Made by a program: the position numbers and the translations under genes
Part shown: positions 20,745-28,430 of the stretch, in pieces
Numbering within the stretch: the first letter of the stretch is position 1
Layout of the letters: each line of letters starts with the position of its first letter
NCBI GenBank assembly: GCA_002396485.1
Contig: DGXZ01000030.1
Location: forward strand, 359-64,358
Source: Spartobacteria bacterium UBA5019
GTDB taxonomy: Bacteria; Verrucomicrobiota; Verrucomicrobiia; Chthoniobacterales; Terrimicrobiaceae
Direction: 5' to 3'
Length of the DNA: 64,000 nt
Notes under the pieces: model-generated
Seen by the model: the letters and a program-made list of their open reading frames with translations, nothing else
Told to the model about the DNA's origin: nothing
Databases searched by the model: none

Positions 20745-21812
20745 TCAATCGAGCATTCGGAAGGTGTCGGATTTCTGGATGCTGCGGATGAATGCAGCCG
20801 CAAGCTTCGCTGCATATTTGGCATCCTCGAGCGAGATCATTTCCACCGGGGAGTGCATGTAGCGGAGTGGTACCGAAATGAGCCCGCAGGCGACGCCGTC
20901 GCGACTGGTGTAGATCACATCGGCATCCGTGCTCGTGCTGCGCGATACGGCTTCGTGCTGGAGTGGGATTTTGTGCTTCTCGGCGACTTCGATAAGGCGC
21001 TGCATGACGAGCGGATGGTTTGCCGCTCCATGGGAGATCGTCGGGCCTTTCCCCAGTTCGACAAGACCGTGTTCCTTCACATTGATGCCCGGCGTGTCAG
21101 TCGCGTGGGTGACATCGAAAACAATCGCGACGGATGGCCTGATCCGGTGTGCCGCCATCTGGGCTCCACGGCAACCGATCTCCTCCTGCACCGCATTGAC
21201 AGCATAGGTAGAAGCATGGGGCCGTTTTTTGTCAGTGTGCAAGTCAGCCAGAATATTCGCCAGAATGAACCCGCCAATCCGGTTGTCCAAAGCCCGCCCG
21301 ACGATAAGGCCATCGGAAAATTCCATCGCATCATCGACAAAAACCGCCGGCGTTCCGACACGGATGCCCAGCTTCTCGACATCCTTCGCCGACGATGCCC
21401 CGACATCGATGAAGAGTTCCTTCCACTCGGCGGGTTTGTCCTTCGAAGTATCCCGCAAGTGAATCGCCGTATTCCCGATCACGCCCTGCACGACTCCCTT
21501 CGATCCAAAAAGCCTAATCCGCCGCGCCGAAGCCAGCGTGCGGTCGGAGCCCCCGATTGGGCCGACAGCAAGAAACCCTTTGTCGTCGATATGCCTGACA
21601 ATAAATCCGATCTCATCCGCGTGAGCCTCCAGCATGACCCTCGGAGCCTTGGCACCCGAACCCTCCAGCACAGCCCAGGCATTTCCGTGGGCATCCGAGT
21701 CAACCCGGTCCGCATGCGGAGTCACATTTTTGATCCAAAGGCGCTGACCGTCTTTCTCCCATCCCGAAGGACTGGGCGTGGCAAGAATTTCGAGGAGGTT
21801 TTTCGTTTTCAT
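20745..21812 (-). CDS. M42 family metallo-aminopeptidase (FrvX/glutamyl aminopeptidase-like)
   Basis: HADEIGF, DNRIGG, VQEEIGCRGA motifs. ATG 21812 (MKTKNLLEIL) is preferred, because the longer ORF to 21953 runs through a repeat element. Confidence 0.88.
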   Translation of the reverse strand: MKTKNLLEILATPSPSGWEKDGQRLWIKNVTPHADRVDSDAHGNAWAVLEGSGAKAPRVMLEAHADEIGFIVRHIDDKGFLAVGPIGGSDRTLASARRIRLFGSKGVVQGVIGNTAIHLRDTSKDKPAEWKELFIDVGASSAKDVEKLGIRVGTPAVFVDDAMEFSDGLIVGRALDNRIGGFILANILADLHTDKKRPHASTYAVNAVQEEIGCRGAQMAAHRIRPSVAIVFDVTHATDTPGINVKEHGLVELGKGPTISHGAANHPLVMQRLIEVAEKHKIPLQHEAVSRSTSTDADVIYTSRDGVACGLISVPLRYMHSPVEMISLEDAKYAAKLAAAFIRSIQKSDTFRMLD

Positions 21813-21867
21813 AAAAATGGAGCTCTTAACTAACAGAACAACTCCCGCATCGGCAAATACTCCGCCT

Positions 21868-21904
21868 GCGCGCGGAAAACCACGGCGCTGACGGAGCAGC
21901 GCCC
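21868..21904 (+). repeat. 37-nt repeat GCGCGCGGAAAACCACGGCGCTGACGGAGCAGCGCCC (left copy), containing hairpin GGCGCTG-ACGGAG-CAGCGCC
   Basis: Matches 28323-28359 in the same orientation at 36 of 37 positions. A second hairpin, GGACGAC-CTCCGT-GTCGTCC, follows at 21923-21942. Confidence 0.85.
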
Positions 21905-22035
21905 TCCAATTGCGCCATGGAGGGACGACCTCCGTGTCGTCCGACTTCCCCAAACTTATTTCATAAATTAATTCTCATGAGAAATGTGCATAAAATATCC
22001 TACTAAAATTTGTAAAATGGGAATTTATTACCAAA

Positions 22036-23220
22036 ATGCAAGAAATGATTGATCGATTCTATCGGAGATTGGTGGTTGAGAAGTTGGAGAAATATCCAGC
22101 GGTTTCACTGTTAGGCCCGAGGCAATGCGGAAAGACAACGCTCGCAAAAATTTTGGGCGGCAGATATTTCGACATGGAGAGTCAGGGATCGGCCTTGCGC
22201 TTGGATTCGGAGTGGGATCGCCTCACGCGGGGAGACGAGTTGGTTGTCATCGACGAGGCCCAATGCGCGCCGGAGATTTTTCCCCGCCTGCGTAGCGCGA
22301 TCGATACAGACCGCAAGCGCAACGGGCGCTTCCTCCTGCTCGGTTCGGTCTCACCCGCCCTCATGCAAAATGTCTCGGAATCCCTCGCCGGACGCATGGG
22401 GCTTGTTTCGATGGGGCCTCTGACATTTGCGGAGTTATCTGGACCTCTCGGAACGGATTGTTGGGAGAGTCTTTGGTTGCGCGGCGGGTTTCCCGATGGA
22501 GGGATTCTCGATGCCACGCGCTTTCCTGACTGGCAAAAAGATTACTTGGAGCTGTTGGCGACGCGGGATTTGCCGGAGTGGGGCTTCCCTGCGAAGCCGC
22601 AGCGCACCCGTCGCCTGTTGAGTATGCTGGCGGCCGTGAATGCCCAACCCCTGAATGCCTCGGAACTCGGCTGTGCACTGGGAATCGATCACAAAACCAT
22701 CGTGGGATATTGCGATTTTTTGGAGGAGACTTTTTTGATCCGCCGTGTGCGTCCTTGGTCTGGTAACATCACCAAGCGTCTTGTCAAAACATCGCGACTC
22801 TACTGGCGCGACAGCGGTTTGCTCCACGCCCTGCTGAATGTGCAAAATATCGACCATCTCTACAATCAGCCCTGGGTCGGTTACAGTTGGGAAGGTTTCG
22901 TGGTCGAACAAATCCTCGCCTCGCTAGGCCTCTTCGGTTTGAGCTCCGAGCCCTATTTTTTCCGCACATCCGATGGCATCGAATCCGACCTCCTCCTCGA
23001 TTGGGCCGGGCAACGCTGGGCCATCGAGATCAAACTCACCTCCGATCCGACCAAAGCCATGATCAAGGGACTTCAAAAAGCCGGCGAACTTGTCGGAGCC
23101 GCCAAGCAGATTCTCATTTGCAAAACGGCAGAGGAAATCCGCTCGGACAGCCTGCTCGTCACAAACTTGCCATCCTTCCTCAAAGAACTCGCACAAGCCA
23201 AAAACCGCCCGCCGCTGTAG
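22036..23220 (+). CDS. AAA+ ATPase with C-terminal PD-(D/E)xK-like module (AAA_14 + DUF4143-type architecture), copy 1
   Basis: 394 aa. Walker A GPRQCGKTT, Walker B VVIDEAQ, C-terminal ESDLLLD...WAIEIKLT. Preceded by about 80 nt at roughly 21 % G+C. Confidence 0.85.
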   Translation: MQEMIDRFYRRLVVEKLEKYPAVSLLGPRQCGKTTLAKILGGRYFDMESQGSALRLDSEWDRLTRGDELVVIDEAQCAPEIFPRLRSAIDTDRKRNGRFLLLGSVSPALMQNVSESLAGRMGLVSMGPLTFAELSGPLGTDCWESLWLRGGFPDGGILDATRFPDWQKDYLELLATRDLPEWGFPAKPQRTRRLLSMLAAVNAQPLNASELGCALGIDHKTIVGYCDFLEETFLIRRVRPWSGNITKRLVKTSRLYWRDSGLLHALLNVQNIDHLYNQPWVGYSWEGFVVEQILASLGLFGLSSEPYFFRTSDGIESDLLLDWAGQRWAIEIKLTSDPTKAMIKGLQKAGELVGAAKQILICKTAEEIRSDSLLVTNLPSFLKELAQAKNRPPL

Positions 23221-23466
23221 AGGCGCTCTGCAAGCACCAGAGCGCGGCACGCCTCGGCAGTCACAAACAGCCGCTACAGGAATCGCCCGCGCGGCAGCGC
23301 GTCGTTCCTTTGGAGGGTCAGCGTCTTCGCCTGACCCAAATTTCTGTTGTAACGGCGGTCTATAACTGCCGAATGGAAAAAAAACTCGGCGCGCAGCGCC
23401 GCAAAAGCCCGCTCTGCGAGCGCCTGCTCGGCACGCCTCGGCAGTCACAGACAGCCACTACAACGG
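23216..23466. repeat. REP/BIME-like array of hairpin units (TGTAGCGGCGGTCTGYGACCGCCGA family) plus GGGTCAG-N9-CTGACCC hairpin
   Basis: Units at 23216-23246 (+), 23245-23280 (-), 23348-23376 (+) and 23429-23466 (-). A further hairpin lies at 23315-23337. The first about 125 nt recur after the next gene. Confidence 0.85.
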
Positions 23467-23511
23467 ACCGGCTTGTGAAATTGCCATGACAACTTGCAAA
23501 TATCATGTAAT

Positions 23512-24678
23512 ATGCAACCAATGGTTGCAAATATTTCACGAGCTTTGAATCTTCCGCTGCACGGGACGGAAATGTTTTTTCTTTGGGGTCCGCGTCAGGC
23601 GGGCAAGAGCACTTTGCTCAAACAAACCTATCCGGGTGTGAAATGGGTGGATTTGCTCAAAGCGGATGCCTACCGGCGATTTTCTACGAACCCAGAATAT
23701 TTGCGGCAGGAACTCGCAGCGGGTGGAGAGAAATTTGTGGTTATCGATGAAATCCAAAAAGTGCCTGCTCTTCTCGACGAGGTCCACTGGTTGCACGAGA
23801 ACGAGGGGGTTTGTTTTGCTCTCTGCGGCTCCAGTGCGCGCAAGCTCAAGCGTGGACATGGGAATCTGCTCGGTGGGCGAGGACTGCGATATGAGTTGTT
23901 CGGGTTTTGCTCGCAGGAACTGGGAGCGGATTTCGACTTGGACCGAATGCTGAACAACGGGACATTGCCGAGGATTTATCTCTCGTCCTCGCCAAGCCGA
24001 CTGCTGGACGCCTATGTTTCGCAGTATCTCAAGGAGGAAATCATGGCTGAGGGCTTGGTGAGGCATCTGCCGCCTTTTTCCCATTTTTTGGAAGCCGCAG
24101 CTTTTTCCGATGCATCGATGGTCAATTTTTCTACGATTGCGAGGGATGTGGGAGTTTCACGGGAAACGATTCGCGCCTATTTTGAAATCCTTGTCGACAC
24201 GCTGGTGGGCAGAATGCTTCCGCCTTTTCGAAAACGCCCTAAGCGACGGGTCTCTCTGGCCGAAAAATTTTATTTCAGCGATGTGGGAGTGGCCAATTTC
24301 CTGGCGAAGAGGGGCAATGTGCAGCGTGGCTCGGAGGCCTATGGAAAGGCCTTTGAAAATTGGGTCTTTCACGAACTGAATTGCTACAATGCCTACGCCG
24401 GCCTTTTCGCTGCATTCTCTTATTGGCGTCTCAGCTCGGGAGCCGAAGTGGATTTTGTTGTGAATGACATGCAGTGCGCGATCGAATGCAAATCCTCTCA
24501 ACGCATCCGCGACGATCATTTGAAAGGCCTTCGTGAATTGGCAAAAGACCACCCCGAGGTGAAAATGAGAATTCTTGTTGGACTCGAGCCGGGAAAGAGG
24601 CTGACGCCAGACGGTATATGGATTCTGCATGCCGAGGAATTCACAAAAATGCTTTGGAAGGGTGAAATTTTCTCATGA
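23512..24678 (+). CDS. AAA+ ATPase with C-terminal PD-(D/E)xK-like module (AAA_14 + DUF4143-type architecture), copy 2
   Basis: Walker A GPRQAGKST, Walker B VVIDEIQ, C-terminal AEVDFVV...CAIECKSS. The start is uncertain (TTG 23494, ATG 23512 or ATG 23521). Confidence 0.85.
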   Translation: MQPMVANISRALNLPLHGTEMFFLWGPRQAGKSTLLKQTYPGVKWVDLLKADAYRRFSTNPEYLRQELAAGGEKFVVIDEIQKVPALLDEVHWLHENEGVCFALCGSSARKLKRGHGNLLGGRGLRYELFGFCSQELGADFDLDRMLNNGTLPRIYLSSSPSRLLDAYVSQYLKEEIMAEGLVRHLPPFSHFLEAAAFSDASMVNFSTIARDVGVSRETIRAYFEILVDTLVGRMLPPFRKRPKRRVSLAEKFYFSDVGVANFLAKRGNVQRGSEAYGKAFENWVFHELNCYNAYAGLFAAFSYWRLSSGAEVDFVVNDMQCAIECKSSQRIRDDHLKGLRELAKDHPEVKMRILVGLEPGKRLTPDGIWILHAEEFTKMLWKGEIFS

Positions 24679-24700
24679 AAGACGGGTCTGCTGACGCTAC

Positions 24701-25020
24701 TGTAGATAGGCGCTCTGTGAGCACCTGAGTGAGGCACGACCCGGCAGTCACAGACAGCCGCTACAGGGACCATCCGCGCGGCAGCGCGCATCGACTCCCG
24801 GGAGGGTCAGCGTCCTCGCCTGACCCAAATATCAACCACAGCCAGCCCTCCGCTGAAAAAGGCCGATGAGAGCTTCTCTCTTGAAGGTTTTTATTGTAGC
24901 GGCGCGTCTATGACCGCCGAACGAACCAAACCGGCGCAGAGCGCCGCAAGCCTCTTGTAGCGGCGGTCTGCGACCGCCGATGGGCAACGATTCGGCGCTC
25001 ACAGAGACGCCGCTACAAGT
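24701..25020. repeat. Second REP/BIME-like array, same unit family
   Basis: Units at 24701-24735 (+), 24733-24768 (-), 24895-24922 (+), 24956-24983 (+, perfect stem CGGCGGTC-TGC-GACCGCCG) and 24991-25020 (-). Additional hairpins at 24804-24826 and 24932-24946. Confidence 0.85.
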
Positions 25021-25153
25021 CAAGACGGCGCTGCGATGACTCACGGAAATCACAGCACCTTGCGATCGCCTGGCATCTGCACATACTTTTTTCTCAAAAA
25101 CAAGCTTGACGATTGTCTGTCTGACATCAAAAGCTACGCACACAAATTACTCA

Positions 25154-28100
25154 ATGAACCCACTCAGATATCCTCTCAACAATATTTTTCGTCTTTATCA
25201 CAGACATTCAGCATCTTTATTCGATATTCGCAGCCTCGTCCTTTTTCTTTTCCTATTCGTTAGCTTCGATTCCACTTCATTTGCACAGGGCGCTGGCACA
25301 TATCAAGTTGCGGTATATGGAGGGAATACGAATGGGTATGGGGACTATCAAATTCTAACGATGAGCATCGCCAATGTGGGGGCACCCGCAGTCGCAGGTC
25401 TGCGCTGGGCGAGGCGGTTTGTGGGGTCTGGAAATGGCGCTTCAGAGATTGATTATGCGGGAGGTTGGTATGTAGGTGGGTCGTATTGGAACGATGGAGC
25501 CTCCCTTAATCTTTATCGCACTCAAGACGGCATCAACTGGCAAAAAGTGAAGGTTACTGATAACCTGCAGTTGGTTGACCTGGCCCAAAGTGGCAGCACC
25601 TGGCTGGCGCTGACTAATAATGGGTCGGTTTTCCGTTCTGTTAATAGCGGCGGGAATTGGACATTGGCGGGAACGGTGCCAGGAATCGGTTCCAATGGAA
25701 CCTACGTGGACAACTATAACACCTCATCGATCGTTTATAACAACGGCACCTGGGTTTTCATTACCGACAAAACAGCTTATCGAAGCAGTAATAATGGCAC
25801 GACATGGAGCAGCAATGCCACGGGCTCGGATATGGCACTCTACGATCTGGGCGTTGGCAATGGAGTGTTTGTAGCAGTTGGAGAAGGTGGCGAAATTCGC
25901 ACGAGTTCGGATGCGGGCCAAACTTGGACCAAGAGAACTTCAGGCACAGACCTTACGCTTAACTCCGCAGCCTTTGGAAACGGGAGGTTTGTGGTTGTTG
26001 GATCCAATGGTCTTGTTCTGACAAGCACTGATAATGGAATGACATGGGTGTCGCAGGCTTCAGGATCAAGCAGCTACTTGAAATCGGTTTCTTTTGGAAA
26101 CAATGTGTTTGTGCGAAGCGACGGACATGTTTCCAGCGATGGGATTGCATGGTCAGCGCCACAGGGAGGATGGGGTTCAGCCGACTATGATGATGGAGTG
26201 GTTTACGGAAATGCTGGATGGCTGATGGGAGGTTGGACAGTTTATCAAAGCGTTGCTGGGGATGTGCCAAATACTTACAATACGATAAGTGTATCTGGGA
26301 CAGTCGGCCAGCCGCTGAGTTACCAGCTTAGTGGGGCGCTGAGCTTTTCCCAAACACCCACCCAATACGCTGCCATCAATCTTCCCGGTGGGCTCTCAAT
26401 CAACTCCACTTCAGGAGATATTAGTGGATTGGTCTACAAAACAATACCCAGCGTCATAAGCGGCGGTGGTTTTTTCTTTAAGAGCCTTGCGGGTGGGTTC
26501 ATTCAAAGCTTGCCTGGAAGTGCTTATGGCTTCGGAGGTGCTGCGGGAAGCGTGGACGGCAACGGAGGCACCGCTCTTTTTAATTCTCCATCTGGCGTTG
26601 CTGTGGATGCGACAGGCAATATTTATGTGGCCGACTCTGGCAACCATGCGATCCGAAAAATTACCAGTTCTGGAAATGTAACGCTTTTTGCCGGTAGCTT
26701 CCTTGGAAGTGGGACGGCTGATGGTTGGGGCGAGGACGCTCGATTCAATAACCCTCAAGGCCTTGCGATCGATACCTCTGGTAATCTCTATGTTGCTGAA
26801 GCAGGTAGCCACCGCATCCGCAAAGTTTCTCCATTCGGTCAAGTCACTCACTATGTTGGCGGGATCGGTGTCTCGGGCAGCGTGGACGGGTCTCCAATAA
26901 GCGCCCGCTTCAACGGGCCCACCGATGTCGCCGCGGATGCCGCAGGCAACATCTATGTGGCCGACTCCGGCAACCATGCGATTCGCAAAATTTCCACCAA
27001 TGGGACGGTGACTACTCTGGCCGGGACCATGGGGCAAGCGGGCATTACCAATGCCACTGGCTCCGCTGCAAGATTCCGCACACCACAGGGCATCGCGGTG
27101 GATGGCAGCGGCACGGTCTATGTGGCAGACACTGGAAACCAAGTCATCCGCAAGGTCACCTCCGGCGGAATTGTGACTACCTTCTCTGGAGCTGTTTTTA
27201 CTGGTAGCGCTTCGCCTTTGGGCGGTCGCGCAAGCTTGACTGGCAGTGCACATGCCGCCTTCTTAGCCAGCGTCGCCCCCACTTCACTTCCCGCCAGCCT
27301 TGATGGTAATGCAACGATCGCGCGATTTAGCTATCCGACTGATGTTACACTCGATAGTGCGGGCAGCCTTTATGTCACCGACAGCGGCACGGAAAAAATA
27401 CGAAAAATCGTGTTAACTGGCAATGTGAGCACGCTCGGAGGTTCTCCCGACGGTTTCTTCTATAATCCGCTTGCTATAGCGGTCGGAGCCAATGGCGCGC
27501 TGTATGTCGCCGATGCGGGCAACAATCGCATCGCGACGAGCTTCACTCCATCGCCAGAAATCTCGATAGAGGGTCTTGGAGGTATAGACCTCAGCAGCGC
27601 GGGCGAGGTGGTCTCGCTTGGCAATCTACTTACGGGGAATGCAAGTGCATCCTATACCTTTGTGATTCGTAATGCAGGCTACGCGGATATGAGTGGCCTG
27701 TCGTTGTCGAAAAATGGAACTCATTCCGGCGATTTTGCTCTTGGCTCACTCGGGGTCACAACACTATCGGCTGGAAGTTCGACCGCCTTCACTGTCACCT
27801 TCACTCCAAGCATTGGAGGCAATCGATCGGCCCAGTTGCTCGTGGCCAGCAATGATTCAGATGAGAACCCGTTTGTTATTCATTTAGCTGGCTTTGGCTT
27901 GTCCGCGAGCCTCGATTCGGATGCCGATGGTCTGAGTGACGCTGCGGAATATCGGATGTCCTCGCTAGGCTTTGACTGGCAGTTGCCGCAAGCGGACATG
28001 GTTAGCGCTTTTCAAGCCGGCGCCAATACCGGAGGCCTCTACAACACATCGCAAATTCAGGCAATGAACATAGGCATTCCGCTCATCTCAAAAAATGCCA

Positions 28101-28270
28101 CCAGTGGGCAGTTTGAAATCTCCGTTAAGCTTCAAAAATCCACCAATCTTCAAACCTTCGAGCACTTCTCTCTCAACGCCACTGATACAACTATCGAACC
28201 CGATGGTAGCCTAAAAATCCGCTTCATTGCACCAGACAGCGCTGCGTTTTTCCGTTTGCAGGCGAGGTGA
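25154..28270 (+). CDS. Large secreted double-beta-propeller protein: six Asp-box (BNR-like) repeats, six NHL repeats, Ig-like (choice-of-anchor-D-like) domain, acidic Ca-binding-like tail region
   Basis: Asp-boxes TQDGINW, SVNSGGNW, SSNNGTTW, SSDAGQTW, STDNGMTW, SSDGIAW. NHL blades are of the form FNSPSGVAVDATGNIYVADSGNHAIRKI, six times. DSDADGLSDAAEY follows. ATG 25154 is followed by a hydrophobic signal-like segment. Confidence 0.85.
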   Translation: MNPLRYPLNNIFRLYHRHSASLFDIRSLVLFLFLFVSFDSTSFAQGAGTYQVAVYGGNTNGYGDYQILTMSIANVGAPAVAGLRWARRFVGSGNGASEIDYAGGWYVGGSYWNDGASLNLYRTQDGINWQKVKVTDNLQLVDLAQSGSTWLALTNNGSVFRSVNSGGNWTLAGTVPGIGSNGTYVDNYNTSSIVYNNGTWVFITDKTAYRSSNNGTTWSSNATGSDMALYDLGVGNGVFVAVGEGGEIRTSSDAGQTWTKRTSGTDLTLNSAAFGNGRFVVVGSNGLVLTSTDNGMTWVSQASGSSSYLKSVSFGNNVFVRSDGHVSSDGIAWSAPQGGWGSADYDDGVVYGNAGWLMGGWTVYQSVAGDVPNTYNTISVSGTVGQPLSYQLSGALSFSQTPTQYAAINLPGGLSINSTSGDISGLVYKTIPSVISGGGFFFKSLAGGFIQSLPGSAYGFGGAAGSVDGNGGTALFNSPSGVAVDATGNIYVADSGNHAIRKITSSGNVTLFAGSFLGSGTADGWGEDARFNNPQGLAIDTSGNLYVAEAGSHRIRKVSPFGQVTHYVGGIGVSGSVDGSPISARFNGPTDVAADAAGNIYVADSGNHAIRKISTNGTVTTLAGTMGQAGITNATGSAARFRTPQGIAVDGSGTVYVADTGNQVIRKVTSGGIVTTFSGAVFTGSASPLGGRASLTGSAHAAFLASVAPTSLPASLDGNATIARFSYPTDVTLDSAGSLYVTDSGTEKIRKIVLTGNVSTLGGSPDGFFYNPLAIAVGANGALYVADAGNNRIATSFTPSPEISIEGLGGIDLSSAGEVVSLGNLLTGNASASYTFVIRNAGYADMSGLSLSKNGTHSGDFALGSLGVTTLSAGSSTAFTVTFTPSIGGNRSAQLLVASNDSDENPFVIHLAGFGLSASLDSDADGLSDAAEYRMSSLGFDWQLPQADMVSAFQAGANTGGLYNTSQIQAMNIGIPLISKNATSGQFEISVKLQKSTNLQTFEHFSLNATDTTIEPDGSLKIRFIAPDSAAFFRLQAR

Positions 28271-28322
28271 ACCGAGGTGTGGAAGGCGTCAACACGGAGT
28301 GGCCTCCCGCCGGCCGCCGCCA

Positions 28323-28359
28323 GCGCGCGGAAAATCACGGCGCTGACGGAGCAGCGCCC
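28323..28359 (+). repeat. 37-nt repeat GCGCGCGGAAAATCACGGCGCTGACGGAGCAGCGCCC (right copy)
   Basis: Direct-orientation match to 21868-21904 with a single C/T difference. Confidence 0.85.
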
Positions 28360-28430
28360 CCGGTTTTATTCGATTGAAGCCTCTGTTTCTGTGATGGAAA
28401 TCCGGCACCGGCGTCTGTAGCTTGCCTGCA

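Noticed and set aside
21813-21953. N-terminal extension of the M42 peptidase (ORF track start 21953).
   Set aside because: The extra 47 codons translate the 37-nt repeat and hairpin region (..LLRQRRGFPRAGG..). The canonical M42 N-terminus starts at ATG 21812.
23494-23534. Possible operator at the start of ATPase copy 2: direct repeat TTGCAAATAT at 23494 and 23525, plus the imperfect palindrome ATATGCAACCA/TGGTTGCAAATAT.
   Set aside because: It is short, AT-rich and overlaps the probable start codons, so it is too weak to call without comparative data.
23216-25020. Possible CRISPR array, because short GC-rich palindromic repeats recur.
   Set aside because: The units are in mixed orientation, irregularly spaced (0 to about 120 nt) and imperfect, and the array is interrupted by a 1.2-kb gene. 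No cas genes are present, and there is no constant repeat/spacer periodicity.
22924-25143. ORFs running through the repeat arrays (22924-23448 minus, 23090-23365 plus, 24516-24791 minus, 24832-25143 minus) that yield peptides such as ..PVAAVCDCR.. and ..GSGEDADPP..
   Set aside because: These are translations of palindromic hairpin repeats. The same motifs appear in both orientations and in different frames, which does not fit a conserved protein.
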